A stretch of 64,000 nt of DNA from an uncultured Eubacteriales bacterium (GCA_959598745.1 CAUGFN010000001.1:3713-67712), one strand, 5' to 3'. Positions 30,327-41,939 are shown, counted from the first letter of the stretch. Numbers and translations are program-made. Notes: generated by a model not told the origin, from the letters alone.

Positions 30327-30989
30327 GTGGTAAATTATAGTGATAACAACATAATTACACTTATTGGTACTATTGTTTCTGATAAACAATTTAGCCATGA
30401 AGTATACGGAGAGGGATTCTATACATTTGATTTAGAAGTTCCTAGATTAAGTGAGAATAGTGACATCATTCCAGTTACTGCATCAGAGAGAATTCTAGAT
30501 GAAAATTTTAAAGTAGGTCAAAAAGTTATTATTGATGGCCAATTTAGATCTTACAATAATTATGAGAACGAAAAGAATAAACTTGTTTTGACAGTATTTG
30601 TTAAGGACATGAAAGAAGTAGAAGAAATTAGTGAAGATCAAAACCCTAATGAAATAATTTTAGATGGTTTCATATGTAAAAAACCTATTTATAGAACAAC
30701 ACCATTTGGTAGAGAAATTGCAGATATCTTGCTTGCAGTTAATAGAGCATACAACAAGTCAGATTATATACCATGTATAGCATGGGGCAGAAACGCAAGA
30801 TTTTGCCAAAACATGAGTGTTGGTGAAAGAATTAAGATTTGGGGAAGAATTCAAAGTAGATTGTACGAAAAGAAATTTGAAGACGGAACATCTGAAACAA
30901 GAAGAGCTTATGAAGTGTCTATTTCAAAACTAGAAGTTGAAAAAGACGAAAATATAGAAAATAGTAATGTCGAGGAACAAAACGCGTAG
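30327..30989 (+). CDS. SSB-family protein with two tandem OB folds
   Basis: The second half (GRIQSRLYEKKFEDG...) resembles canonical SSB; the first half is a divergent OB fold. Preceded by a 420-nt AT-rich region. Confidence 0.5.
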   Translation: MVNYSDNNIITLIGTIVSDKQFSHEVYGEGFYTFDLEVPRLSENSDIIPVTASERILDENFKVGQKVIIDGQFRSYNNYENEKNKLVLTVFVKDMKEVEEISEDQNPNEIILDGFICKKPIYRTTPFGREIADILLAVNRAYNKSDYIPCIAWGRNARFCQNMSVGERIKIWGRIQSRLYEKKFEDGTSETRRAYEVSISKLEVEKDENIENSNVEEQNA

Positions 30990-31133
30990 AGTATTCATAA
31001 TAATCATCCTCTTAACAAGGCTAGGTAAGTTAGTTGATTTACCTAGCCTTTAAAACTGCCTAAAAATTAATATTTTAAATACATTTGCGATTTTATCTAA
31101 TATATGATACTATGTTTCGGGGTGAATGTACAA

Positions 31134-31763
31134 ATGAGAGAAGAAGAAAGAGAAAGACTTATTGAACTTAGTAAATTTGAAAAAGAAGCATACGAAAAAG
31201 GATATAAATGCATAGCTGGAATTGATGAAGCTGGAAGAGGACCACTTGCGGGTCCTGTAGTAGCTGCCGCAGTAATTTTACCGAAAGATGCATTAATAGA
31301 AGGTGTAAATGATTCTAAAAAGCTTTCCGAGAAGAAGAGAGAGAAACTTTATGATGATATAATAAATAATGCATTGGCATGGGGTGTAGGAATAGTTGAT
31401 CATACAGTAATAGATGAAATAAATATTCTTAATGCAACTAGAAAAGCTATGAAACTTGCAATTGAAGATTTAAAAGTCAAACCAGATTTTATTTTAATAG
31501 ATGCTGAAAAGAAAGTAGATACAGATGGAATACCATACTTGCCTATAATAAAAGGAGATGCTCTTAGCATTTCAATAGGTGCAGCATCAATAATTGCAAA
31601 AGTCACAAGGGATAGAATGATGAGAGAATATGATAAAATCTTTCCAATGTATGGGTTTGAAAAGCATAAGGGGTATGGGACTAAGGCGCACGTCAAGGCA
31701 TTAAAAGAATTTGGTCCATGTATGATACACAGACAAAGTTTTTTGAAAAAGATATTAAAATAG
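31134..31763 (+). CDS. rnhB: Ribonuclease HII
   Basis: GIDEAGRGPLAGPVV motif. Confidence 0.88.
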   Translation: MREEERERLIELSKFEKEAYEKGYKCIAGIDEAGRGPLAGPVVAAAVILPKDALIEGVNDSKKLSEKKREKLYDDIINNALAWGVGIVDHTVIDEINILNATRKAMKLAIEDLKVKPDFILIDAEKKVDTDGIPYLPIIKGDALSISIGAASIIAKVTRDRMMREYDKIFPMYGFEKHKGYGTKAHVKALKEFGPCMIHRQSFLKKILK

Positions 31764-31857
31764 ACACAAACCATATTTTTACATTTATGTTACAATTGTG
31801 TTACAATGGTTGACATTTTTTGAAAATATATTAAAATATAGCATAGAGAGGTTATAT

Positions 31858-32406
31858 ATGCGAGTAGTTTCAGGAAATTTAAGAGGTATGAAATTAAATA
31901 CAATTGATGGTGATTCAACAAGACCAACACGTGAGGTGGTAAAAGAAGCATTGTTTAGTATATTAACTATAGATGTTCTTGATGCTACGTTTTTAGACTT
32001 ATTTGCTGGTAGCGGTGCAATAGGCATTGAAGCGATAAGCAGAGGAGCCAAAAGTGCAATACTAATTGATTTGAATCCAGCATGTGTAAAGGTTATAAAG
32101 GAAAACGTTAAAAAGGGAAGAATTGAAGATTGTACTCGTATTTATAATACAGACTATAAGGTAGCCTTGAAAAAGTTGAAAGGCGAAAAGATAGATATTG
32201 CGTATATAGATCCTCCATATAATAAAGAGATGGGCGTAGACGCAATAAGGAAAATGTGGGAATACGAATTGTTATCAGACAACGGTATAATTATAATGGA
32301 AACAGATACTAATGAAGATGCACCTGACGAGATTGAAGGGTTTACAAAGTATAACTACAAAAGATATGGAAGAAATATATTGAGTTTTTATAAACGAAAG
32401 GAGTAG
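31858..32406 (+). CDS. rsmD: 16S rRNA (guanine966-N2)-methyltransferase RsmD
   Basis: MRVVSG...DLFAGSGAIGIEAISRGA...DPPY motifs. Confidence 0.8.
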   Translation: MRVVSGNLRGMKLNTIDGDSTRPTREVVKEALFSILTIDVLDATFLDLFAGSGAIGIEAISRGAKSAILIDLNPACVKVIKENVKKGRIEDCTRIYNTDYKVALKKLKGEKIDIAYIDPPYNKEMGVDAIRKMWEYELLSDNGIIIMETDTNEDAPDEIEGFTKYNYKRYGRNILSFYKRKE

Positions 32407-32412
32407 GACGTT

Positions 32413-32850
32413 ATGGAGGTTTTAACGTTATTAGAAACATTAGAAGAAATGTTAGATAGAAGTTCTAATATACCACTAACTAAAAAATCTTTAGTTGATA
32501 AAGATGCCATTATCGATGTAGTTAATGAAATAAAAATGAAATTACCAGATGAATTAAAACAAGCAAAATGGGTAAAAGAAGAAAGGCAAAAGATTTTAGT
32601 TGATGCTCAAAAAGAAGCTAATCAACTTATAAAAGAGGCAGAAAATAGAATAATTGCAATGATTGATGAACATGAGATAACAAAGAAAGCATATGAACAA
32701 AAGGCAGAAATAATAGATAGTGCAAATGCCTTTTCAAAAGATTTGATAAATGGAACGAAGAAGTACGCAGATGAAATACTTGCTGAATTGGAACAGAATT
32801 TACAAGAAAAGATTGACGTAATAAAAGAAAACAGAAGTGAACTAAAATAA
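32413..32850 (+). CDS. Coiled-coil hypothetical protein (145 aa)
   Basis: ORF; heptad-rich; no family assigned. Confidence 0.35.
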   Translation: MEVLTLLETLEEMLDRSSNIPLTKKSLVDKDAIIDVVNEIKMKLPDELKQAKWVKEERQKILVDAQKEANQLIKEAENRIIAMIDEHEITKKAYEQKAEIIDSANAFSKDLINGTKKYADEILAELEQNLQEKIDVIKENRSELK

Positions 32851-33065
32851 AGTATTATACATAGAGTTAACGTGGGCCTCAAATTGTTATGAGAAAGATT
32901 TAACAATTAAGGTCCACTTTTTTATACAACAGTTTAGTGAAGAATTAAATCTCTCAAAAGATTTAAAAATAGAGTAGAGTCTAATATTTTGCGTAGTATC
33001 AACAATTCCGATTGAATTATGCTAAATATTATGCTATACTATGAAGCGTGAAAAGAGGTGAGAAA

Positions 33066-34109
33066 ATGTCTTATTATGATACACAGGATGAGAAAATTGC
33101 AGCTTTGCATCAAATCTATTCGGAAAAAGTGCCAGAGTTTATAAAGGAAATTGTTGACTTCCCGGAACTTGCTAGATTAAATGGAATTGATATAAATGCG
33201 GGAATAAATCTTAGTGGTTTTAACTTATATAAATATAAATACTCTGTATTAGACCATAGCATTGGTTTAGCGCTAATATTGAATAATTTTATTACCAATA
33301 AAAATAAGGTGCTATCAGCAATGCTTCATGATATTTCTGTGCCGGCATTTTCTTATGCTACAACATATATCGATGAGATTAATTTTGACAAGAATGACAA
33401 TGCACTAACTAATTATGATGTAATTGTCGGTTCTGACAAACTTTTTGCATATTTATTTGATAATAATATAAATATCGATGAAATTTGCGATTATACAGAT
33501 TTTCCGCTTGGCTATAACATTAGACCAACACTTTGTGCACATACATTAGAATATTTTTTGCATACAGCATATTTATCAAACATTTGCACGTTAGATGAAA
33601 TTAAAGAGTTTTATGAAGATTTGGTTGTAGTGCCGAATGATGATAATATGCCGGAATTTTGCTTTAATACCGTACATTTGGCCAAAAAATTCTGCTTAGT
33701 AAGTATTGAGTGCGGAGAAAAATATAGGTCATATGAAGCAAAAATGGCAATGAAATTTATAACTGATACGTTGGCTCCGATGGTAAGAAGAGGCGTAATT
33801 AGAAGAAGAGATTTGTATACGTCAACCGATAAAGTTATTATGGATATTGGATTGAATTGCAGTGATAAACGTATTAGCGATAGATGGCGTTATTTACCTG
33901 AGTTGCGTAAGGTCTATACTAAGTTTAATAAAGTTGAAAAAAAGTATTGTACAAAGATAGGAATGGATTTAAGATATGTTGATCCGCTTGTAAAGATAGG
34001 AAATAACTATATTAGAATTAGCAAACTTGATACAGATGTTGATAAAAAGATAAACGAATTTTTAGATTCAGACACAGATTTATATATGTATATAGATTAC
34101 GAGGATTAA
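33066..34109 (+). CDS. HD-domain-containing protein
   Basis: LDHSIGLA...MLHDISV motifs. Confidence 0.55.
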   Translation: MSYYDTQDEKIAALHQIYSEKVPEFIKEIVDFPELARLNGIDINAGINLSGFNLYKYKYSVLDHSIGLALILNNFITNKNKVLSAMLHDISVPAFSYATTYIDEINFDKNDNALTNYDVIVGSDKLFAYLFDNNINIDEICDYTDFPLGYNIRPTLCAHTLEYFLHTAYLSNICTLDEIKEFYEDLVVVPNDDNMPEFCFNTVHLAKKFCLVSIECGEKYRSYEAKMAMKFITDTLAPMVRRGVIRRRDLYTSTDKVIMDIGLNCSDKRISDRWRYLPELRKVYTKFNKVEKKYCTKIGMDLRYVDPLVKIGNNYIRISKLDTDVDKKINEFLDSDTDLYMYIDYED

Positions 34110-34290
34110 AAAGAATTAGATGGAAAACATTTAATTCTTTTTTTGATAGTAAAAATAAGTAGGGAGGTTACAATGTGATAATGTTTACAAAAAATTCACA
34201 CAAAAATTTTAAATCTACAACCTTTAAAATTCTTGTAGCTCTAAGCTTACAATTAAAGATAAAAATTAAATAAAAAGTTGGTACAAATTT

Positions 34291-34317
34291 TTAGCACTTG
34301 GTATTGACAAGTGCTAA
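34291..34317 (+). promoter_or_regulatory. CIRCE operator 1 (TTAGCACTT-N9-AAGTGCTAA)
   Basis: Matches the HrcA operator consensus TTAGCACTC-N9-GAGTGCTAA; overlaps a TTGACA -35 element. Confidence 0.75.
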
Positions 34318-34342
34318 AAGAAGTGATATTTTTATTATGTTG

Positions 34343-34369
34343 TTAGCACTTAGGTATGTCGAGTGCTAA
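34343..34369 (+). promoter_or_regulatory. CIRCE operator 2 (TTAGCACTT-N9-GAGTGCTAA)
   Basis: Second near-perfect CIRCE, 26 nt downstream of the first. Confidence 0.75.
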
Positions 34370-35447
34370 TGCAAAGAAGGTGAAAAAATTGATTTTGGAT
34401 GATAGAAAAAAGAAGATATTGGAGGCTGTCATAGAAGAATATAATGCGACAGCAGAGCCGGTCGGTTCTACAAAAATAGCAAATGAATATAACTTAGGTT
34501 TTAGTCCTGCTACTATAAGAAATGAAATGGCTAGCTTGGAGGAACTTGGATATTTGGAACAACCTCATACTTCAGCAGGAAGAATTCCATCAAGCAAAGG
34601 ATACAGATTGTATGTCGATTTGATTATGAAGGAAAAGACATTGACACCAAAAGAAAAAGAAATTATTGATAACACATTGAAGGAAGACGTAATAAAGCTT
34701 GATGAATTAATAAAAGAAGCATCAAATGTTTTATCTAGAATCACAAATTACGCATCAATTGCTGCTGGACCACAAATAGAGTCATGTACAGTTGAAGAAA
34801 TAAAATTAGTAAAAATTGGACATGATAGACTTATGATTGTGATTTTGGCAGACAACGGAATTATAAAAGAGAGCGTTGTAAGGTATGATGGCGATATCCC
34901 AAACGAAAATATTGAAATATTTAATAACTTTTTAAATTATAAATTTAAAGGCATGAACTTCAAAGAAGTATATGACAATATAAATACTCATATAGAAAAC
35001 GAGCTTTACAATATTAGCAACACAGTAATACCTTTAGTTATGGAGTTGAACAATTTACTTACAGAAGAAAATTCTGAGATATACTTAGATGGAACTAGAA
35101 ACATGCTTAACTTGCCGGAACTAAAGAAAGAAAAGACACTTAAAAACTTCTTAAACATAATAGAAACTCAAGATGCAATAAAAGAACTTATAAAGTCTGG
35201 TTATGACGGAAATATTAATGTGTATATCGGACAAGAAACAGCATTTGACGATTTGAAAGATTTTACAATAATAACATATAAGCAATCAATAAACGAAAAA
35301 GAAGTTGGAACGATAGGCATAATAGGACCAAAGAGAATGGATTACAAAAAAGTAATTCCAGTAATTAAGTATATAGGAGATTCTATACAAGAAAAAATAA
35401 AACAAGGGGGAGAAGTTGATGGCAGAAAACGAGAAGATAAAGAATGA
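34356..35447 (+). CDS. hrcA: Heat-inducible transcription repressor HrcA
   Basis: ILDDRKKKILEAVIEEY...EPVGS winged-helix N-terminus. The true start is probably TTG at 34389 (RBS GAAGGTG); the ORF-track ATG at 34356 lies inside CIRCE 2. Confidence 0.85.
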   Translation: MSSANAKKVKKLILDDRKKKILEAVIEEYNATAEPVGSTKIANEYNLGFSPATIRNEMASLEELGYLEQPHTSAGRIPSSKGYRLYVDLIMKEKTLTPKEKEIIDNTLKEDVIKLDELIKEASNVLSRITNYASIAAGPQIESCTVEEIKLVKIGHDRLMIVILADNGIIKESVVRYDGDIPNENIEIFNNFLNYKFKGMNFKEVYDNINTHIENELYNISNTVIPLVMELNNLLTEENSEIYLDGTRNMLNLPELKKEKTLKNFLNIIETQDAIKELIKSGYDGNINVYIGQETAFDDLKDFTIITYKQSINEKEVGTIGIIGPKRMDYKKVIPVIKYIGDSIQEKIKQGGEVDGRKREDKE

Positions 35448-35928
35448 AGAATTAGAGGAAAAAGAGGAAATATCTATCAAGGACCTAAACAACGAAATAG
35501 AAAAACTAAAGAAGGAAAACGAAAAATATTATGAACATTTACAAAGAACAGCGGCAGAATTTGATAATTATAAGAAAAGAGTGATGAAAGAAAAAGAAAA
35601 GATATATTCACTTGCTGTTGGAGATGTTGTTACAAAGTATATAGCTGTTTTGGATAACTTAGACAAAGCAGTTGCAGCAGAAACAACAGATCCTAAGGCA
35701 AAAGAAGGTTTTGAGCTTATACATAAGCAAATGCAAGATGTAATGAAAGAATTCAATGTCGAACTTATACCAACTGTTAAAGAAACATTTAATCCAGAGT
35801 TTCATGATGCAGTAATGCATATTGAAAGTAAGGATTATGGAGAACAAGAAATTGTTGAAGAACTTAGATCAGGGTATAAAATAGGCGATAGAGTATTAAG
35901 ACATGCAATGGTTAAAGTGGCAAACTAA
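35416..35928 (+). CDS. grpE: Nucleotide exchange factor GrpE
   Basis: Position between hrcA and dnaK; GrpE-like coiled coil plus C-terminal beta domain. Confidence 0.88.
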   Translation: MMAENEKIKNEELEEKEEISIKDLNNEIEKLKKENEKYYEHLQRTAAEFDNYKKRVMKEKEKIYSLAVGDVVTKYIAVLDNLDKAVAAETTDPKAKEGFELIHKQMQDVMKEFNVELIPTVKETFNPEFHDAVMHIESKDYGEQEIVEELRSGYKIGDRVLRHAMVKVAN

Positions 35929-35996
35929 GTTAAAAAATAAAATTAAATATATATATAGTGCCATTAGAAAATGGCAGGAAAGAAAGGATGATTATT

Positions 35997-37847
35997 ATGT
36001 CAAAAATTATTGGTATTGATTTAGGAACAACAAACTCATGCGTAGCAGTTATGGAAGGTGGAGAACCAGTTGTTATACCTAATGCAGAAGGAGATAGAAC
36101 AACTCCATCAGTTGTAGCATTTACAAAAACAGGAGAAAGATTAGTTGGTAAAATTGCTAAAAGACAAGCAGTAACAAACCACGACAGAACAATATCTTCT
36201 ATTAAAAGAGATATGGGTACAGATAGAAAAGTAAAAATAGATTCTGCAACATATACACCACAAGAAATCTCAGCAATGATACTTCAAAAATTAAAGTCAG
36301 ATGCAGAAAACTATTTAGGACAAAAAGTAACTCAAGCTGTTATAACAGTTCCAGCTTACTTTAGTGATTCTCAAAGACAAGCAACAAAAGATGCAGGTAG
36401 AATTGCAGGACTTGAAGTTTTAAGAATTATAAACGAGCCAACAGCAGCATCACTTGCTTATGGTCTAGATAAAGGCGATGAGCAAAAGATAATGGTTTAT
36501 GACTTAGGTGGTGGTACATTTGATGTATCTATCCTAGAAATTGGTGATGGCGTATTCGAAGTTTTAGCAACAAGTGGTAACAACAGACTAGGTGGAGATG
36601 ACTTCGATGAAAGAATAATGAAATACTTAATCGATGAATTCAAGAAAGACCAAGGAATAGATTTATCAACAGATCCAGCGGTTATGCAAAGATTAAAGGA
36701 AGCTAGTGAGAAGGCTAAAATAGAATTATCTAGCATGAGCCAAACAGATATCAATTTGCCATATATTACAGCTGATAGCACAGGACCAAAACATATGAAC
36801 ATTACACTTACAAGAGCAAAATTTGAAGAATTAATCAGAGACCTAGTTGATTCAACAGTTGGTCCAATGAATCAAGCTTTGAAAGATGCTAACTTGACAG
36901 CAGATAAACTAGATAAAATAATTCTAGTAGGTGGTTCATCAAGAGTACCTCTAGTACAAGAAACAGTTAAGAGAGTTACGGGTAAAGAGCCACACAAAGG
37001 TATAAACCCAGATGAATGTGTTGCAATTGGTGCAGCAATTCAAGCAGGTGTATTATCTGGTGATGTTAAAGACCTAGTTTTACTAGACGTAACACCATTA
37101 TCACTTGGTATTGAAACATTTGGTGGTGTATTTACTAAGTTGATTGAAAGAAATACAACAATCCCAACAAAGAAATCACAAATATTCTCAACAGCTGCAG
37201 ATGGTCAAACAAGTGTAGAAGTTCACGTATTACAAGGCGAAAGAGAAATGGCAGCATACAACAAGACACTTGGTAGATTCCAATTAACAGGAATTCCAGC
37301 AGCTCCAAGAGGAGTACCACAAATCGAAGTTACATTCGATATAGATGCTAACGGTATTGTTCACGTATCAGCTAAAGATATGGGAACAGGTAACGAGCAA
37401 AAGATTGTTATCACAGCAAGTACAAACTTAACAGAGAATGAAATAGAGCAAGCTGTTAAAGAGGCTGAAGCACATGCTGAAGAAGATAGAAAGAATAAAG
37501 AAGCTATTGAAGTTAGAAACAATGCTGACTCACTTGTATACAATACAGAAAAAACATTGAATGATTTAGGAGATAAAGTAAGTGCAGAAGAGAGAGCTAA
37601 AGTTCAAGCTGAGCTAGATAATGTTAAGAAAACATTAGAAGGAACAGACGTTGAAGCTATTAAATCTGCAACAGAGAAATTAACTCAAGAATTCTATAAA
37701 ATTTCTGAAAAGTTATATGCTAACGCTGGTGCAAATGCGGCAGGAGCAAATGCAGATCCTAACGCAGCAAATGGAAATAATGCAAACAGCAACCCAAACC
37801 AAGGTAATGATGGCACGGTATATGATGCAGATTACAAAGTTGAGTAA
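35997..37847 (+). CDS. dnaK: Chaperone DnaK (Hsp70)
   Basis: [18 protein letters not shown]..., full-length Hsp70. Terminator hairpin AGGGCGGATTTTATCCGCCCT at 37861-37885. Confidence 0.96.
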   Translation: MSKIIGIDLGTTNSCVAVMEGGEPVVIPNAEGDRTTPSVVAFTKTGERLVGKIAKRQAVTNHDRTISSIKRDMGTDRKVKIDSATYTPQEISAMILQKLKSDAENYLGQKVTQAVITVPAYFSDSQRQATKDAGRIAGLEVLRIINEPTAASLAYGLDKGDEQKIMVYDLGGGTFDVSILEIGDGVFEVLATSGNNRLGGDDFDERIMKYLIDEFKKDQGIDLSTDPAVMQRLKEASEKAKIELSSMSQTDINLPYITADSTGPKHMNITLTRAKFEELIRDLVDSTVGPMNQALKDANLTADKLDKIILVGGSSRVPLVQETVKRVTGKEPHKGINPDECVAIGAAIQAGVLSGDVKDLVLLDVTPLSLGIETFGGVFTKLIERNTTIPTKKSQIFSTAADGQTSVEVHVLQGEREMAAYNKTLGRFQLTGIPAAPRGVPQIEVTFDIDANGIVHVSAKDMGTGNEQKIVITASTNLTENEIEQAVKEAEAHAEEDRKNKEAIEVRNNADSLVYNTEKTLNDLGDKVSAEERAKVQAELDNVKKTLEGTDVEAIKSATEKLTQEFYKISEKLYANAGANAAGANADPNAANGNNANSNPNQGNDGTVYDADYKVE

Positions 37848-37994
37848 TTAATTAAAAAATAGGGCGGATTTTATCCGCCCTTGGTTTAGAAAAGACAGTT
37901 ATATATTTGAATAAGGCGACATTTTTGTCGTCTATTCGTGTAAATATATAATTTGCGAGATTAAGTGCTTTTAAGTGCTAAGGGGGATTAATTA

Positions 37995-39143
37995 ATGGCA
38001 GAACAAAAAAGAGATTATTATGAGGTTTTGGGTGTTTCAAAAACAGCAACGGATGAAGAATTAAAGAAAGCATATAGAAAATTGGCTAAAAAATATCATC
38101 CAGACGCAAATCCGGATAATAAAGAAGAAGCAGAAAAGAAATTCAAAGAAGTAAATGAGGCTTATGAAGTTTTATCAGATAAGCAAAAACGTAATATGTA
38201 TGACCAATTTGGGCATAGCGGAGCTAATGGTTATTCTAGTGATTTTAGTGGCTTCAGCGGGTTTGATGGTTTCTCTGGTGGTGCAGGATTCTCAGGAGTG
38301 GACTTTGATTTGAACGATATATTCTCATCTTTTTTCGGAGGTGGCAGTTCAAGAGGACGTAATTCTAGAAATGGTCCAGTAAGAGGAAGAGATTTAAAAG
38401 TAAGAGTTGAAATAACTTTTGAAGAGGCAGCTTTTGGTGTTAACAAAGAAATAACAATAAATAGAGAAGAGCAATGCGATACTTGTGGAGGAACAGGTGC
38501 TAAACCAGGCACAAAACCAGAGACTTGTAAGGTTTGTAATGGTACAGGACAAGTAAGAGTTACTCAAAATACGATACTTGGATCTTTTGCAAGTGTTAGA
38601 ACTTGTGATAACTGTGGAGGAACAGGAAGCGTTATAAGCAATCCATGTGATACTTGCAAGGGCAGAGGTACTGTTAGAAACCAAAGAAGAATTAAAGTAT
38701 CAATACCAGCTGGAATTGATAATGGTCAAGTTATATCATTAAATGGCGAAGGTGAACCAGGACTTCGTGGTGGTCCAGCTGGAAATTTATATATAACTGT
38801 AGCTGTTAGAAATCATGCAATATTCACAAGAAAAGGCGATAGTATATTCTGCAATGTCCATGTTTCATTTGCTGAAGCAGCATTAGGTGCGATAATAAAA
38901 GTACCTACATTGACTGGCGAGGAGCAATATGATTTGACAGAAGGAACGCAAACAGGTTCAATATTTACTTTAAAGGGTAAAGGAATAAAGAACATAAATG
39001 GCAGAGGCGTTGGTGACTTGTACTTTACTGTGATTGTAGATGTGCCTAAAAAGTTAAATAATGAGCAAAGAGAACTACTAAAGAAATTTGCAGAAATTAG
39101 TGGAGAAAACTTTGAAACTGGAAAAAGAAGAAGATTCTTTTAA
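37995..39143 (+). CDS. dnaJ: Chaperone DnaJ
   Basis: J domain (HPD), G/F region, four CxxCxGxG zinc-finger repeats. Confidence 0.95.
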   Translation: MAEQKRDYYEVLGVSKTATDEELKKAYRKLAKKYHPDANPDNKEEAEKKFKEVNEAYEVLSDKQKRNMYDQFGHSGANGYSSDFSGFSGFDGFSGGAGFSGVDFDLNDIFSSFFGGGSSRGRNSRNGPVRGRDLKVRVEITFEEAAFGVNKEITINREEQCDTCGGTGAKPGTKPETCKVCNGTGQVRVTQNTILGSFASVRTCDNCGGTGSVISNPCDTCKGRGTVRNQRRIKVSIPAGIDNGQVISLNGEGEPGLRGGPAGNLYITVAVRNHAIFTRKGDSIFCNVHVSFAEAALGAIIKVPTLTGEEQYDLTEGTQTGSIFTLKGKGIKNINGRGVGDLYFTVIVDVPKKLNNEQRELLKKFAEISGENFETGKRRRFF

Positions 39144-39152
39144 AAGGAGAGA

Positions 39153-39899
39153 TTGATGTCTACTTTTTATATAAAAAATAATCAAACAGAAGGAAATAAA
39201 ATAATTATACAAGGTGAAGACTTAAATCATATAAAAAATGTTTTAAGATATCAAAATGGAGATAAATTAGAGGTTTGTAATGAAGGTGGTACTAGATTCT
39301 ACACTAAAATAAGTGATATGAATCAAAACGAGATAATATTAGATATCTTAGAAATATCAAATGACACGACGGAGCCTAATGTGAATGTCGTACTTTTTCA
39401 AGGCTTGCCAAAAGCAGGTAAGATGGAATTAATTGTACAAAAGTGTACAGAATTAGGCGTAAGTGGTATTGTGCCAGTGATTATGGATAGAGTAATTGTT
39501 AAATTAGATGAGAAGAATGAAAGTAAAAAAATCGAACGTTGGCAAAAAATAGCAAAAGAGGCCGCTACACAAAGTGGTAGACAAAAGATTCCATATGTTG
39601 AAAAAGCAATTAATTTAAAAAATAGCATTGAAAAACTTTCAAAATATGATATAGTTATAGTGCCATATGAGTGTGAAAAAGAAAATTATATAAAAAATGT
39701 GTTGAGAAATATGGATGAAAATGTTAAAAATATAGCTATTGTCGTAGGTCCAGAGGGCGGTTTTTCTGATGGTGATATAGAAATATTGTCGGAATTAACC
39801 AACATGAAGAAAGTTTCTTTAGGTCCTAGAATATTAAGGACTGAAACAGCAGGTTTTATAACTCTTGCGATGGCTATATATGAATTAGATAAGCTTTAG
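39153..39899 (+). CDS. rsmE: 16S rRNA (uracil1498-N3)-methyltransferase RsmE
   Basis: Position after dnaJ; C-terminal GPEGGFS and LGPRILRTETA motifs. Confidence 0.8.
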   Translation: MMSTFYIKNNQTEGNKIIIQGEDLNHIKNVLRYQNGDKLEVCNEGGTRFYTKISDMNQNEIILDILEISNDTTEPNVNVVLFQGLPKAGKMELIVQKCTELGVSGIVPVIMDRVIVKLDEKNESKKIERWQKIAKEAATQSGRQKIPYVEKAINLKNSIEKLSKYDIVIVPYECEKENYIKNVLRNMDENVKNIAIVVGPEGGFSDGDIEILSELTNMKKVSLGPRILRTETAGFITLAMAIYELDKL

Positions 39900-39923
39900 T
39901 AATTATTAAAAGGAGTAAGAAGA

Positions 39924-40346
39924 ATGAATTATACGGATAAGAACAAATTAATAGATTCACTTTGTGGAGTTGGATTAATGTTACTTTTAGTAGAAGTATT
40001 TTATGGAATAGTAGATAGTGCTTTTACTATATACAATTATAACTATCCAACCGTAACTAAATGGATTAATGTGTTTGGCATAATATTTTTATTGGCAGCT
40101 ATTATTACATTTATAAGAGCATATAAGAAAGATAGTATGTCAACTGGTATGTACGGAATCGAATTGACGGTGCTTGCTATATCAGCAGCATTGCTACCAG
40201 GAACATATTTAGAGTTTGCTTTTCCGTTTAATAAATTGAATGTTGTTTTTCCAATAGGATTTTTAATATATTATATTATAAAATTAATTGTTGTATTCGT
40301 AAAAGCGAAAGAGAAAGATAATAAATCGAAGGGAAAGAAAAAATAA
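39924..40346 (+). CDS. Small polytopic membrane protein (140 aa)
   Basis: ORF with three or four hydrophobic helices and a lysine-rich tail. Confidence 0.35.
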   Translation: MNYTDKNKLIDSLCGVGLMLLLVEVFYGIVDSAFTIYNYNYPTVTKWINVFGIIFLLAAIITFIRAYKKDSMSTGMYGIELTVLAISAALLPGTYLEFAFPFNKLNVVFPIGFLIYYIIKLIVVFVKAKEKDNKSKGKKK

Positions 40347-40348
40347 TT

Positions 40349-41224
40349 ATGATTAAAAGTATGACAGGTTTTGGACTTGGAAAATACGAGAGCAATTCTA
40401 GAGAGTATACTGTTGAAATAAAGGCAGTAAATCATAGATATAATGATATATCAATAAGAATGCCAAGATATCTTTCTTCGATTGAAGATAAAGTAAGAAG
40501 TTATATTTCCAAGAATCTTTCAAGAGGAAAAATAGATGTTTCAATTTCTTTGGTAAATATGAGTAGTGAGGGCAGAAATATAAGAGTAGACAAAGGTTTG
40601 GCAGAAATATACGTCAAAGAGATGAGAGAGTTAGTTAATACTTTAGGAATCACGGATGATATTACTGCAACGTCTATTATGAGAATGCCGGATATAGTTA
40701 CTATTGATGTTGACTCGGACGAGGACCTATATTGGAACGAGCTTCAAAAAGCTTTGGAGATGGCTATAAATAGTATTTCTTTAGCTCGTGAAGTAGAAGG
40801 AAAAAGATTGGCGGATGATATAAAAAATAGGCTAGCAAAGATAAGTTGTTATGTAGAAAAGGCCGAGGAAAGGTCTTCAAACTTATTAGAAGAGTATAGA
40901 GAAAAGCTATTAAACAGAGCAATAGAGCTTAAGGCGAATGAAATTATGGATGAAAATAGATTAGGACAGGAGATAGTTTTATTTGCAGATAAGTCAAGTA
41001 TATGTGAAGAAGTAACAAGACTTAAAAGTCATATAAAATCATTAGAAAATATGTTAGATTCTGATGGACCAATAGGTAAAAAATTGGACTTTTTACTTCA
41101 AGAAATGAATCGAGAGACAAATACGATTGGTTCAAAAGCAAATTGTCTAGATATTACTCAATTGGTTGTTGAGATGAAAAATGAAATAGAAAATATAAGA
41201 GAGCAAATACAGAATATAGAGTAA
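40349..41224 (+). CDS. yicC: YicC family stress-induced protein
   Basis: MIKSMTGFG...EIKAVNHRY signature. Confidence 0.8.
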   Translation: MIKSMTGFGLGKYESNSREYTVEIKAVNHRYNDISIRMPRYLSSIEDKVRSYISKNLSRGKIDVSISLVNMSSEGRNIRVDKGLAEIYVKEMRELVNTLGITDDITATSIMRMPDIVTIDVDSDEDLYWNELQKALEMAINSISLAREVEGKRLADDIKNRLAKISCYVEKAEERSSNLLEEYREKLLNRAIELKANEIMDENRLGQEIVLFADKSSICEEVTRLKSHIKSLENMLDSDGPIGKKLDFLLQEMNRETNTIGSKANCLDITQLVVEMKNEIENIREQIQNIE

Positions 41225-41238
41225 TAAGGAGTGATATA

Positions 41239-41514
41239 ATGAAGTTTATAAACATAGGTTTTGGAAACATAATTTCAGCAGATAGACTTATTGCTATAGT
41301 TTCACCGGAGTCAGCACCAATAAAAAGAATAATACAAGATGCAAGAGATAATGGAAAATTGGTAGATGCTACTTATGGAAGAAGAACAAGGGCAGTTATT
41401 ATGATGGACAGTGATCATGTTGTTTTGTCTGCTGTTCAACCAGAAACAGTTGCAAATAGATTAGAAAAAGATACAGATGAGGATATTGAGGAAAGTATAA
41501 ACAATGAAGATTAA
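41239..41514 (+). CDS. remA: DUF370 / RemA-like extracellular matrix regulator
   Basis: [30 protein letters not shown] signature. Confidence 0.8.
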   Translation: MKFINIGFGNIISADRLIAIVSPESAPIKRIIQDARDNGKLVDATYGRRTRAVIMMDSDHVVLSAVQPETVANRLEKDTDEDIEESINNED

Positions 41515-41534
41515 TTTTTAAAGGAGGAATAAAA

Positions 41535-41726
41535 ATGATAGTTAGACCTACATTACAAAGTTTATTAAAGAGAAATCCAAGCAAGTATTCTTTAGTAATT
41601 GGAACAGCTAAAAGAGCAAGACAAATTTCACAAGGAAGTCCAAAATTAACAAATGTTAAGGCAGAATCAGACGTCACAACTGCTGCTTGTGAAATAGATG
41701 AAGGAAAAGTAATATTAGAAAAATAA
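41535..41726 (+). CDS. rpoZ: DNA-directed RNA polymerase subunit omega
   Basis: 63-aa product, LLKRNPSKYSLVIGTAKRARQI. Confidence 0.8.
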   Translation: MIVRPTLQSLLKRNPSKYSLVIGTAKRARQISQGSPKLTNVKAESDVTTAACEIDEGKVILEK

Positions 41727-41939
41727 TTAAAAAGAGGACTTCTTTAAATTTGTTAGATGGTAAAAGAGGGTAAGATAATTCATCTAACAAGTTTTAAGTT
41801 GTCCTTATTTTATATAAAAAAACAATAAAAGCAAAATGCAATTCATGTTGTTTTTGCTAGTATTTAATTGCTAGAGATTGTTCATCCTATAGAGAATCTA
41901 AGGCAATAAAGAGAAACATTCAGTTACAGGAGGATAAAG

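Noticed and set aside
37926-37994. Half-CIRCE-like AGTGCTTTTAAGTGCTAAGG before dnaJ
   Set aside because: Only one arm resembles CIRCE (AGTGCTAA) and no inverted partner is at the right spacing; likely coincidental.
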